Shown here in pieces: positions 15,774 to 24,175 of a stretch of 36,954 bases of DNA. Both the position numbers and the translations under genes were made by a program. Numbering within the stretch: the first letter of the stretch is position 1; every line of letters begins with the position of its first letter. The notes under the pieces are model-generated. The model ran no database searches, was not told the DNA's origin, and saw nothing but the letters and a program-made list of their open reading frames with translations. This stretch comes from Candidatus Saccharimonadota bacterium. Its GTDB lineage: Bacteria; Patescibacteriota; Saccharimonadia; Saccharimonadales; SZUA-47. The stretch lies in the NCBI GenBank assembly GCA_003231925.1, contig QIKK01000040.1, positions 1 to 36,954 on the forward strand. Direction: 5' to 3'.

Positions 15774-16976
15774 ATGAGTAATAAAACTGTTGTTATGTAT
15801 GGTGCGACTTGGTGCTCTTACTGTAGAGCACTAAAGAAGAAACTAGATTCTATCGGTATATCTTATCAGTATAAAGATGTAGACGACCCTGGTATACGTG
15901 CTGAAATGAACGCTAAGACTGAGAATAACCAAACTATACCTGTATTATTTGTCGGTACAGATTATTGGATTAACCCTGGTCAGGAGATATTAGACGCCCA
16001 GTTTAGCAATAACTATACGGATGAGGATGAACAAAAGGGAGAGAAAACGCTACACGACGTTATAATGATTGGTGCTGGACCAACAAGTTTAGCGGCAGCG
16101 GTCTACACATCAAGAGAAGATATTGAGACATTAATTTTTGAAAAGGGCGTTATCGGAGGTTTGGCAGCAATAACCGATAAAATTGATAATTATCCTGGTT
16201 TTGAAGAAGGTATAGAGGGCTTACAATTAGCTGAGAAATTACAGAAACAAGCTGAACGATTTGGTGCAAAAATTGAACTAGGAGAAGTACAATCTTTGAA
16301 GAAAGAGGGGGATTACATTAATCTTCAAACTACAAGTGGCGAAATGACTGCTAAGTCTATACTAATTGGCACCGGTAGCGAATGGAAAAAGATTAATATA
16401 CCAGGTGAAAAAGAATTTTATGGGCGGGGCGTACATAACTGTGCTACCTGTGATGGCCCTTTTTATCGTGACAAGAAGTTAGTAGTTGTGGGCGGAGGCA
16501 ACTCTAGTGCGCAAGAAGCCTTATTCTTAACCAAATTCGCCAAACATATTGATATTCTAATCCGTAAAGATAAATGGCGAGCTTCAGATGTTTTGATACG
16601 TGAGATTAAAGATAACGATAAGATTACAGTGCATTTTAATACCACCGCAGACGAAATTATCGGAGGTGAAGTTGATGGTATGACTAAAGTTACTAAAGTT
16701 ATCGGTACAAAAAATGATAAAAAAATAGATTTTATAACAGACGGTATTTTTGTATTTATTGGCTTACGTCCAGTCACTGAATATCTAAAGGGCAGTGGCG
16801 TCAAAGTTGACGATAAAGGTTTTGTCATTACCGATAAAAAACTGAAGACGAACATTGAAGGTATTTTTTGTGCTGGGGACGTTCGAAGCGGTGCTACTAT
16901 GCAAATAGCCTCAGCTGTCGGAGAAGGAGCTTCCGCTGCTCTGTCTATCCGCGAATACTTAGGTGCTTTAAAATAA
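15774..16976 (+). CDS. trxB: thioredoxin-disulfide reductase with an N-terminal glutaredoxin-like domain (fusion)
   Basis: Roughly the first 80 residues form a Grx-like domain: VVMYGATWCSYCRALKKKLD...TIPVLFV. The rest is a low-Mr TrxR: GAGPTSLAAAVY (FAD), CATCDG redox centre, VVGGGNSSAQEALFL...IRKDKWRAS (NADPH-site-like), GIFCAGDV. Confidence 0.85.
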   Translation: MSNKTVVMYGATWCSYCRALKKKLDSIGISYQYKDVDDPGIRAEMNAKTENNQTIPVLFVGTDYWINPGQEILDAQFSNNYTDEDEQKGEKTLHDVIMIGAGPTSLAAAVYTSREDIETLIFEKGVIGGLAAITDKIDNYPGFEEGIEGLQLAEKLQKQAERFGAKIELGEVQSLKKEGDYINLQTTSGEMTAKSILIGTGSEWKKINIPGEKEFYGRGVHNCATCDGPFYRDKKLVVVGGGNSSAQEALFLTKFAKHIDILIRKDKWRASDVLIREIKDNDKITVHFNTTADEIIGGEVDGMTKVTKVIGTKNDKKIDFITDGIFVFIGLRPVTEYLKGSGVKVDDKGFVITDKKLKTNIEGIFCAGDVRSGATMQIASAVGEGASAALSIREYLGALK

Positions 16977-16987
16977 TTACTTATAAT

Positions 16988-17599
16988 TTATTTAGTCAAA
17001 AAACGGTTCGGGTAATCTGTAAAAATACCGTTAACACCCCATTTTTGGAGCTCTTGAGCTCGCTTTTTATCGTTTATAGTGTAGGCATATACTTTATAAC
17101 CTTGGTGTTTTAAGGACTTTACAAGTCCAGCCCATAGCCACTGGTGTTTAATATGCAGGCGCTTTGTTTGTAGCAGGGAGGCCGTAGCTACGGCACGTAT
17201 ACCGGACCAATTTTCTATTACAGCAATTTCACGGTTAGGCAATAATTCCTGGGCCTCTTTAAGGATATTGAATCTAAAACTAGAGATAACCACTTTGCCC
17301 GGGTATGTCTTTAACAATTTGGCAACCTTAGCTAGTGCTCTGCGCTCTTTAATCTCCAGGTTTATGTCAGTTTTACTCGCAATTTCTTTAAGAGCCATAG
17401 ATAGCGGGCAATAGACTTTGTTTGTATTAGTCTGGTCATGAGATAGTACTGCTGTGCCTTCCTGTACTCTGACATCTAACTCAATCATGTCTAACTTTAG
17501 AGCAATAGCTTTACGAATAGCTTCTATTGAGTTTTCTGGGGCTAATCCACCCGCTCCACGGTGACCTATGATTTCCATATCACCTGCATTATACTCCAT
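16988..17599 (-). CDS. glycerophosphodiester phosphodiesterase family protein
   Basis: 203 aa. IIGHRGAGGLAPENSIEAI...ELDVRV are typical GDPD motifs. Confidence 0.85.
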   Translation of the reverse strand: MEYNAGDMEIIGHRGAGGLAPENSIEAIRKAIALKLDMIELDVRVQEGTAVLSHDQTNTNKVYCPLSMALKEIASKTDINLEIKERRALAKVAKLLKTYPGKVVISSFRFNILKEAQELLPNREIAVIENWSGIRAVATASLLQTKRLHIKHQWLWAGLVKSLKHQGYKVYAYTINDKKRAQELQKWGVNGIFTDYPNRFLTK

Positions 17600-17656
17600 A
17601 GAGTACTTACAAATATTTCTTTGATGTCCATTTGTATATTATCTTCAGGCTTTTAG

Positions 17657-17664
17657 TGTACAAT
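17657..17664 (+). promoter_or_regulatory. candidate -10 (TGTACAAT) for ppa
   Basis: 29-nt leader with AAGGAG SD before GTG 17694. Confidence 0.3.
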
Positions 17665-17693
17665 ATTAACTAAAGATAACAAAGGAGAAGAAC

Positions 17694-18221
17694 GTGGATT
17701 ATAACGCGATTGTTAAGCCTTACGGCGATGGTAAAGCTATTCATACGGTGATAGAAATTCCAATGGGGTCTAACCACAAAATAGAATTTGATAGACGCCA
17801 AAAATTAATGATTTTAGACAGAGAAGAATCAAGAATATTCCCAAAGCCAGCAAATTACGGATTTATACCAGGTACTTTAGATGAAGATGGTGATGAGCTT
17901 GACACTCTTTTGGTAACTGAAGATCCTTTGCCCACCGGTATAGTTGTTACGGCAACCGTTTTAGGGGTATTAATTTTTGAAGATGGCGGAGATATGGATT
18001 ATAAAATTATTTGTGTTCCAACGGATGATCGCCAGACAGGTAATCGGATCAAATCTCTCGAGGACCTAGGCGAACGCTGGCAAGCTCAAGTTAAGCATCA
18101 TTTTAATCACTACAAAGATTTAAATAGACCTGGAACAACAAAAGTATCCGGTTTTGGTGATGCAACTAAAGCTCACCAGATTATAGGGGAGTGTATCGAT
18201 AGATGGAATAAAGAGTCATAA
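17694..18221 (+). CDS. ppa: inorganic pyrophosphatase (family I)
   Basis: 175 aa with a GTG start. Motifs EIPMGSNHKIEFD, YGFIPGTLDEDGDELD and DYKII. Confidence 0.9.
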   Translation: MDYNAIVKPYGDGKAIHTVIEIPMGSNHKIEFDRRQKLMILDREESRIFPKPANYGFIPGTLDEDGDELDTLLVTEDPLPTGIVVTATVLGVLIFEDGGDMDYKIICVPTDDRQTGNRIKSLEDLGERWQAQVKHHFNHYKDLNRPGTTKVSGFGDATKAHQIIGECIDRWNKES

Positions 18222-18226
18222 AAAAC

Positions 18227-18649
18227 ATGATAGAAACTGATGTTATAGAAAAAGCTATTGTCGTTAACAAAAAAGAGCAAATTTTACTGTTAAGACGTAG
18301 TAAAACAGATACTAGACGACCTCTGCAATGGGATTTGCCCGGTGGAGGCCATCAGGAGGGCGAATCCTTAGAAGATGGGGTACTAAGGGAGGTACTAGAG
18401 GAATCCGGGCTTAAAGTGTCACGTTTAAGACCTATCTATACTAAAACTGAAATGCGTAATTGGGATGACAATACAAGAAATGCACTATTTATATTCTATA
18501 CAGCTCGCTCCAGTACTGATGAAGTAGAACTTAGTTTTGAACATGATAAATACCGGTGGGTAGATATAAAAGAGGCTATTAATTTGATTTCATATTATCT
18601 ACATAAAGAGTTGTTACAATACATTGTAAATAACAAACTTGCTCTATAA
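18227..18649 (+). CDS. NUDIX hydrolase
   Basis: Nudix box GGGHQEGESLEDGVLREVLEESGL. Confidence 0.85.
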   Translation: MIETDVIEKAIVVNKKEQILLLRRSKTDTRRPLQWDLPGGGHQEGESLEDGVLREVLEESGLKVSRLRPIYTKTEMRNWDDNTRNALFIFYTARSSTDEVELSFEHDKYRWVDIKEAINLISYYLHKELLQYIVNNKLAL

Positions 18650-18699
18650 AGCATTAGCACTATATACTTATACTGAAATAATGGGAGGGAATATCAGGT

Positions 18700-19716
18700 A
18701 TGAAGACAAGAGTAGCAATTAATGGTTTTGGAAGAATTGGACGAAATGCTTTTAGAGTAGCTTTTGAACGCAATGACCTCGAAGTGGTAGCAATAAATGA
18801 TTTAACAGACACAAAAATGTTAGCACATCTCCTCAAATATGATTCTAATTACGGGATTTATGACCATAAAATATCATCAGATGAGCAACATCTTATTGTC
18901 GATGAGCAAAAAATACCAGTTTTTGCAGAGAAAGAGCCAGCAAGATTACCATGGAAGGATATAGGGGTCGATGTGGTTATAGAATCAACTGGTTTTTTTG
19001 TAAAAACGGAGCTTGCAAAAGGACACGTTAACGCTGGTGCCAAGAGAGTTGTAATAAGTGCTCCTGCAAAGGACGATGAGGCTGAGACAATAGTAATAGG
19101 AGCAAATGAAGCTCAACTGGATAATTCGCAAGCTCTGGTTTATAGCAACGCTAGCTGTACAACAAACAGCCTGGCAGCAATAATGGGCGTGTTGGATGCC
19201 GAGTTTGGAATAGAGAAAGCCATGATGACATCGGCGCACGGATATACCGCCGACCAACGGCTTCAGGATGCACCACATAGAGATTATCGCAGAGCTCGTG
19301 CCGCAGCCAAAAATATTATTCCAACAACAACCGGAGCGGCAATTGCCGTTACCAAGACACTACCAGGGCTGAAAGATAAATTCGATGGAATGGCGATTAG
19401 AGTGCCTGTTAGTGTTGTCAGTATTAGTGATATAACGATGTTATTTAGCCGAGATACCACTGTGGAAGAAATAAATAATGTTATTAAAAAAACTTGTGCA
19501 GATCCATTTTTTCAAGGTATTCTTTCTTGTACGGACGAGCCTCTTGTTAGTAGTGATTTTATAGGTAATAGTCATAGCGGTATTATTGATTTACTGCTAA
19601 CTCGGGTAGTTGCCGGTAATTTAGCTAAAGTAGTAGTTTGGTATGATAATGAATGGGGCTATTCTAATCGTTTAGTGGAGCTAGTAGCTGACATTGGCAA
19701 GAAGATAAATGCTTAA
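18700..19716 (+). CDS. gap: type I glyceraldehyde-3-phosphate dehydrogenase
   Basis: INGFGRIGRN and active site SNASCTTNS. GGGAGGG SD upstream. Confidence 0.95.
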   Translation: MKTRVAINGFGRIGRNAFRVAFERNDLEVVAINDLTDTKMLAHLLKYDSNYGIYDHKISSDEQHLIVDEQKIPVFAEKEPARLPWKDIGVDVVIESTGFFVKTELAKGHVNAGAKRVVISAPAKDDEAETIVIGANEAQLDNSQALVYSNASCTTNSLAAIMGVLDAEFGIEKAMMTSAHGYTADQRLQDAPHRDYRRARAAAKNIIPTTTGAAIAVTKTLPGLKDKFDGMAIRVPVSVVSISDITMLFSRDTTVEEINNVIKKTCADPFFQGILSCTDEPLVSSDFIGNSHSGIIDLLLTRVVAGNLAKVVVWYDNEWGYSNRLVELVADIGKKINA

Positions 19717-19745
19717 TAAATATACATCATCGTAAAAGGAATAAA

Positions 19746-20192
19746 ATGAAGATATTTATTGGAGCTGATCATAACGGATATCATCTCAAGGAGAGTTTGT
19801 CAAAGTATCTAAAAGATATTGGCTATGATGTTGTAGATCTAGGTAACGAAGAGCTAGATCCAGACGATGATTTTACAGTTTTTGCTACTCGTGTCGTAAA
19901 TGCAATGAAATCAAGCGTTGAAAAAGAACCAAGAGGAATATTAATATGCGGAAGTGGGCAGGGCATGATGATGGCTGCAAACCGACATAAAGGAATCAGG
20001 GCTGGGCTGGGCTGGAGCACTGAGGCAACAAGGTCTATTCGCAATGATGAAGATAGTAATGTTTTGGCTATACCCTCCGAGATTCTTGACGAGGAGCAAA
20101 AATGGCAGGCTATTGTGGATGTCTGGCTTAAAACACCATTTGCTAACTCGGTTAGATATAAAAGGAGAAATTACCAATTAGATAAGCTATAG
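19746..20192 (+). CDS. rpiB: ribose-5-phosphate isomerase B (RpiB/LacA/LacB family)
   Basis: 148 aa. MKIFIGADHNGYHLKE...GILICGSGQGMMMAANR. Confidence 0.9.
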   Translation: MKIFIGADHNGYHLKESLSKYLKDIGYDVVDLGNEELDPDDDFTVFATRVVNAMKSSVEKEPRGILICGSGQGMMMAANRHKGIRAGLGWSTEATRSIRNDEDSNVLAIPSEILDEEQKWQAIVDVWLKTPFANSVRYKRRNYQLDKL

Positions 20193-20258
20193 GTAAGTAC
20201 AGAACTTGTATATAGTTTAAAGACCCTTAGCGCCTTTACATAACCACAATTTATGTCG

Positions 20259-20279
20259 TTCCAAGGAGCCTCCTTGGAA
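20259..20279. promoter_or_regulatory. perfect 10+1+10 palindrome TTCCAAGGAG-C-CTCCTTGGAA upstream of rpe
   Basis: The arms at 20259-20268 and 20270-20279 are exact reverse complements. Located between rpiB and rpe, about 20 nt upstream of the candidate rpe -10 box. Confidence 0.5.
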
Positions 20280-20296
20280 AGGGGGTTGGGGTTTGA

Positions 20297-20304
20297 TGTA
20301 TAAT
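20297..20304 (+). promoter_or_regulatory. candidate -10 (TGTATAAT), 9 nt upstream of ATG 20314
   Basis: Same TGTATAAT-N9-ATG arrangement as upstream of uvrB. Confidence 0.3.
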
Positions 20305-20313
20305 TATATTAAG

Positions 20314-20952
20314 ATGGTATCTAAAAAAATATTTCCGACTATAACTACTAATAATGTTCACGAATATCGTCAGCAAATGGAGACGATATATAAATATGCT
20401 AGCGGTGTTCATTTAGATTTTTCTGATGGAGTATTTGCACCTACCAGACTGTTGCCTATAGATAGAGCTTGGAGGATTGACGGTTTTAGGACTCATGTCC
20501 ACTTAATGCAACAGAAGCCAATTGAGTCTGTCGACGATATAATAACTTTACTTCCAGACTTAGTAATTCTACACGCTGAGTCTGACAATGTTTTGGAGGC
20601 TTTAATAAAAATAAGAGTCGCAAGAATTAGATGTGGAATAGCTCTTTTACCTGAAACCGACGTAGATTATTTAGCAAGTTTAAAAGCTGATAAATTATTT
20701 GATCATATTTTAGTTTTTGCCGGTAATTTGGGCTATCAAGGTGCAGAGTCTGACCTTGAGCAAGTTAAGAAAGTAAAAAGATTAGTAGAGCTATATCCAG
20801 ATATCGAGCTATCGTGGGATGGTGGTATAAATGCTGAAAATATTAAGGAAATATCCGATTCTGGAATTGATGTTTTAAATGTTGGCGGGTATCTTCATAA
20901 ATCTAAACACCCTAAAAAATCTTACGATAACCTTCTAAATCTGGTATCATAA
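20314..20952 (+). CDS. rpe: ribulose-phosphate 3-epimerase-like protein
   Basis: KIFPTITT..., HLDFSDGVFAPT, HLM and WDGGIN follow the Rpe TIM-barrel pattern. Start is uncertain: the track gives TTG 20293, ATG 20296 is also possible, and ATG 20314 is preferred by alignment logic. Confidence 0.7.
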   Translation: MVSKKIFPTITTNNVHEYRQQMETIYKYASGVHLDFSDGVFAPTRLLPIDRAWRIDGFRTHVHLMQQKPIESVDDIITLLPDLVILHAESDNVLEALIKIRVARIRCGIALLPETDVDYLASLKADKLFDHILVFAGNLGYQGAESDLEQVKKVKRLVELYPDIELSWDGGINAENIKEISDSGIDVLNVGGYLHKSKHPKKSYDNLLNLVS

Positions 20953-21023
20953 GCTTAATAGACTTGAAGTCTATTTTTAGCACTAGGAATAAATTTATAA
21001 ATCATTAGATTGAGTTTTCTAAG

Positions 21024-21929
21024 ATGAGTTCAAACAATTTTACAGATAAAAAATTAGCGATAGAAAAGCTGGAGTTAATTGCTAATGATGTTCGACAGGA
21101 TATTATAAAAAGCTTAGAGAATGCTGGGAGTGGGCATAGCGCCGGGTCGCTAGGGCTTGCCGATATTGTAACCGCACTTTATTTTGATATTTTAAAACAC
21201 GATCCGAATAACCCTACATGGGACGAACGGGATATATTTATGTTGAGTAATGGCCATTGCGTCCCTGTGCAATACGTGGTCATGGCATATGCTGGTTATT
21301 TCCCTAAAAAAGAGTTAATGACCTTGCGAAAGTTCAAGAGTCGCTTGCAGGGGCATCCAGAACGGTTGGTTCTACCAGGTTTGGAAACAACTAGCGGACC
21401 ACTTGGATCGGGACTGGGTCAAGCCGCTGGGATGGCTTTAACGATGCGTATGAACAAAGATTCTCACAGATGGGTCTACGTAATTATGGGTGATGGAGAA
21501 TTGGACGAAGGCAATAACTGGGAGTCTGCACTGTTTACCGCAAAATATAAGTTACACAATGTTATCGGTATCGTGGACAGAAATAATATCCAGATTGACG
21601 GCACGACCGAACACGTCATGCCTCTTGAGGATTTGCGAGCAAAATGGGAGGCGTTTGGTTGGCACGTTATAGAAATAGATGGTAATGATATTGAAGCGGT
21701 AATAGATGCCTGTGCTATGGCTCGGGCGATTGTAGAAAAACCAATTGTTATTATTGCTCATACAGTTCCGGGTAAAGGAGTAGACTTTATGGAATACGAT
21801 TATCATTGGCATGGTATGCCGGTCGGTTTAGCTGATGTTGGTGGTGCACCACCCAAGAACGATCAAGCTATGGTGGCCTTGAAGGAATTGCGAACACTAC
21901 GGGGGAGGATAAAAAATGAACATGAATAG
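21024..21929 (+). CDS. transketolase, N-terminal (TPP pyrophosphate-binding) subunit
   Basis: 301 aa. GSGHSAGSLGLADIVTALYF and GDGELDEGNNWES. Confidence 0.9.
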   Translation: MSSNNFTDKKLAIEKLELIANDVRQDIIKSLENAGSGHSAGSLGLADIVTALYFDILKHDPNNPTWDERDIFMLSNGHCVPVQYVVMAYAGYFPKKELMTLRKFKSRLQGHPERLVLPGLETTSGPLGSGLGQAAGMALTMRMNKDSHRWVYVIMGDGELDEGNNWESALFTAKYKLHNVIGIVDRNNIQIDGTTEHVMPLEDLRAKWEAFGWHVIEIDGNDIEAVIDACAMARAIVEKPIVIIAHTVPGKGVDFMEYDYHWHGMPVGLADVGGAPPKNDQAMVALKELRTLRGRIKNEHE

Positions 21930-21945
21930 TGCTCGGAATACTCTT

Positions 21946-22030
21946 TTTAGAGACCGTTTCACGCAGAGAGATAACCTCTCTGGTTGCACTTCGCTTTTAG
22001 TCTCTAAAAACAGTATTCCTCGCTTCTCAA
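21946..22030 (+). repeat. 85-nt hairpin-forming repeat, copy 1
   Basis: Identical over 85/85 nt to 22045-22129. Nested inverted repeats: TTTAGAGAC (21946-21954) with GTCTCTAAA (22000-22008), and CAGAGAG (21964-21970) with CTCTCTG (21976-21982). The outer stem extends with GGAATACT (21935-21942) and AGTATTCC (22012-22019). Confidence 0.9.
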
Positions 22031-22044
22031 GAATACAGACTATC

Positions 22045-22129
22045 TTTAGAGACCGTTTCACGCAGAGAGATAACCTCTCTGGTTGCACTTCGCTTTTAGT
22101 CTCTAAAAACAGTATTCCTCGCTTCTCAA
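22045..22129 (+). repeat. 85-nt hairpin-forming repeat, copy 2
   Basis: Exact copy of 21946-22030, 99 nt downstream, separated by the 14-nt spacer GAATACAGACTATC. Confidence 0.9.
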
Positions 22130-22169
22130 CTGTTTCAAGAATTTTAAAGAACGAAACTGGAGTATCAGG

Positions 22170-23132
22170 ATGAGCAAGATGTATTTATTAGACCACGATG
22201 ATTGGGGAAGCCAGGCTAATCGTAAAGGATTCGGTAGCGGACTTGTTAAGGCTGGAGAGTTAAACGATCAAGTTGTTGCACTTTGTGCGGATTTGACAGA
22301 CTCTACCCAGATATCATTATTTGCCAAAAAATTCCCTGAAAGGTACGTGGAAGTTGGGATAGCTGAACAAAATATGGTTACAGTTGCTAGTGGTATGGCA
22401 TCTATGGGCAAAATACCGTTTACTGCTAGTTATGCCGCTTTTAGCCCTGGACGTAACTGGGAGCAGATAAAAACTACAATATGTATGAATGATCAAAATG
22501 TTAAGATTATCGGGTCACATGCGGGTCTATATACTGGACCTGATGGAGCAACTCACCAGATGTTAGAGGATGTTGCATTGATGCGTGTTTTGCCTAATAT
22601 GATAGTGGTTGTTCCTTGTGATAGTGTTGAAGCGGAAAAGGCCACTGTGGCAATTGCAGAATACGCTCATCCGGCATATTTGCGATTGGCAAGGGATAAA
22701 TCACCAGTTATTACTACTATTAAAACACCGTTCGAGATTGGGAAAGCTTACGTGTTTGCTCCAGGTCAAGATATTACTATTATTGCGAATGGGACTATGA
22801 CACCCATAGCGTTAGAAGCTGCTGAAAAACTTTTTAAAGACGGTATAGATATAGAGGTTATTCATTCACCGACCGTCAAGCCACTTGACGCTGCAACTAT
22901 ATTAAGTAGTGTGGAGAGGACAAAGAGAGTGATTACTATTGAGGAAGCACAAATTTGTGGGGGTTTGGGCGGTTCTGTCAGCGAACTCTTGAGCGAACAT
23001 AGCCCAGTCCCTATTATCCGTATGGGGGTTAATGATTCCTATGGGCAGAGCGGTACCCCGTCTGAATTACTAGAGTACTATGGATTAACTGTAAAGCGTG
23101 TCATGTTAAATGCCCATAAGTTAATGGGTTGA
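22170..23132 (+). CDS. transketolase, C-terminal (pyrimidine-binding plus C-terminal domain) subunit
   Basis: 320 aa. RYVEVGIAEQNMVTVASGMA and GPDGATHQMLEDVALMR. Confidence 0.9.
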   Translation: MSKMYLLDHDDWGSQANRKGFGSGLVKAGELNDQVVALCADLTDSTQISLFAKKFPERYVEVGIAEQNMVTVASGMASMGKIPFTASYAAFSPGRNWEQIKTTICMNDQNVKIIGSHAGLYTGPDGATHQMLEDVALMRVLPNMIVVVPCDSVEAEKATVAIAEYAHPAYLRLARDKSPVITTIKTPFEIGKAYVFAPGQDITIIANGTMTPIALEAAEKLFKDGIDIEVIHSPTVKPLDAATILSSVERTKRVITIEEAQICGGLGGSVSELLSEHSPVPIIRMGVNDSYGQSGTPSELLEYYGLTVKRVMLNAHKLMG

Positions 23133-23208
23133 ATGCAGTAGTTTTAAAGATTTTAATGTAACTATATTCGAAATTTTAAGTTTTTTTAGATAAAAATATA
23201 AGAAAATA

Positions 23209-23237
23209 TTGCTCTATTAAGCCTTAGCGGTTACAAT
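23209..23237 (+). promoter_or_regulatory. candidate promoter TTGCTC-N17-TACAAT upstream of fba
   Basis: -35 at 23209-23214 and -10 at 23232-23237. Leader carries SD AGGGTGG before ATG 23264. Confidence 0.4.
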
Positions 23238-23263
23238 AAACTTAAAGTTAGAAGGGTGGAAAA

Positions 23264-24175
23264 ATGGCGTTATCATTACAACAGATAAGAAAGAATTGTC
23301 TAGATGCAAAGATGCTTTTTGAACGGGCAAAAAATGAAAAATTTGCTATAGGAGCCTTCAATCTTGATAATCAGGAGACATTAGTAGCTGTTTCTAGAGC
23401 TGCACAAAAACTTCACTCTCCTGTTTTTGTCGAAGTTAGTAAGAGTGAGGTTACCGCAATTGGCATAGATAATGTTAGAGACATGGTGGATAATTATAAA
23501 CTTGAATATGGTATCGAAATGTATATTAATCTTGACCATAGCCCCAGCGTAGAAGACGCTATAGAGGGAATAGAGGCCGGTTTTGAGCTAATACATATAG
23601 ATGTAAGCCAAGCTAATCATGACGCCACTCTCCAAGAGATAATTGATGCCACTAAAAAAGTCGTGGAATATGCAAGATTTACTGGTGCTTTGGTTGAAAG
23701 TGAACCCCACTATTTTGGAGGTAGCAGTAATGTCCACGAAGAAAAGTTTGATTTAGAAGAGATACGTAAAACTTTCTCTACTCCTGAAGGAGCGAAATCT
23801 TTTGTTGAGGAGACTGGAATAGACACCTATGCGGCGGCGATTGGTAATCTACACGGTTCTTACCCTATCCCTAAAGTATTGGACCTAAAGTTATTACAGA
23901 CAATTAGAGATGCAATATCTTGCAGTATCAGTTTACACGGAGGTAGTGGAACCCCTGGACACTATTTTGAAGAAGCTGTAAAGATTGGCGTGCAGAAGAT
24001 TAATATTAATAGTGATATGCGTAAGACTTACAGGGAAACTCTAGAGGAAGTACTTGCAGAAAATAAGACCCAGTACGCTGTTGTTAAACTAATGAGTCAG
24101 GTTGAGGATGCAGTTCAAAAAGTAGTTGAATCAAAAATAGCTTTATTTAATAGCAGTGGAAAGGCGAATATATAA
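23264..24175 (+). CDS. fba: class II fructose/ketose-bisphosphate aldolase
   Basis: 303 aa. FAIGAFN, NLDHS, IGNLHG and SLHGGSG motifs. Confidence 0.9.
   Translation: MALSLQQIRKNCLDAKMLFERAKNEKFAIGAFNLDNQETLVAVSRAAQKLHSPVFVEVSKSEVTAIGIDNVRDMVDNYKLEYGIEMYINLDHSPSVEDAIEGIEAGFELIHIDVSQANHDATLQEIIDATKKVVEYARFTGALVESEPHYFGGSSNVHEEKFDLEEIRKTFSTPEGAKSFVEETGIDTYAAAIGNLHGSYPIPKVLDLKLLQTIRDAISCSISLHGGSGTPGHYFEEAVKIGVQKININSDMRKTYRETLEEVLAENKTQYAVVKLMSQVEDAVQKVVESKIALFNSSGKANI

Noticed and set aside
16868-17113. 81-aa plus-strand ORF spanning the trxB-fusion 3' end and the GDPD 3' end.
   Set aside because: It runs out of frame through two well-supported convergent genes. Its Cys/Arg-rich composition is typical of an off-frame translation.
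21897-22088. 63-aa minus-strand ORF across the repeats.
   Set aside because: It is open only because the repeated sequence lacks stops in that frame. It has no SD and overlaps the tktN 3' end in antisense. I treat it as a by-product of the repeat.
21946-22129. CRISPR array or Cas9-style repeat/anti-repeat. The repeat contains TTTAGAGAC and TTTTAGTCTCTAAAA strings that recall type II repeats.
   Set aside because: There are only two copies. The repeat is 85 nt with a 14-nt spacer, far from CRISPR geometry. No cas genes are in the window, and the resemblance covers only a few nucleotides.
21930-22169. TPP riboswitch upstream of the transketolase C-half. Transketolase is TPP-dependent, so the idea is tempting.
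   Set aside because: The conserved THI-box elements (CUGAGA and ACCUGAUCUGGAUAAUGCCAGCG-like) are absent from the repeat.
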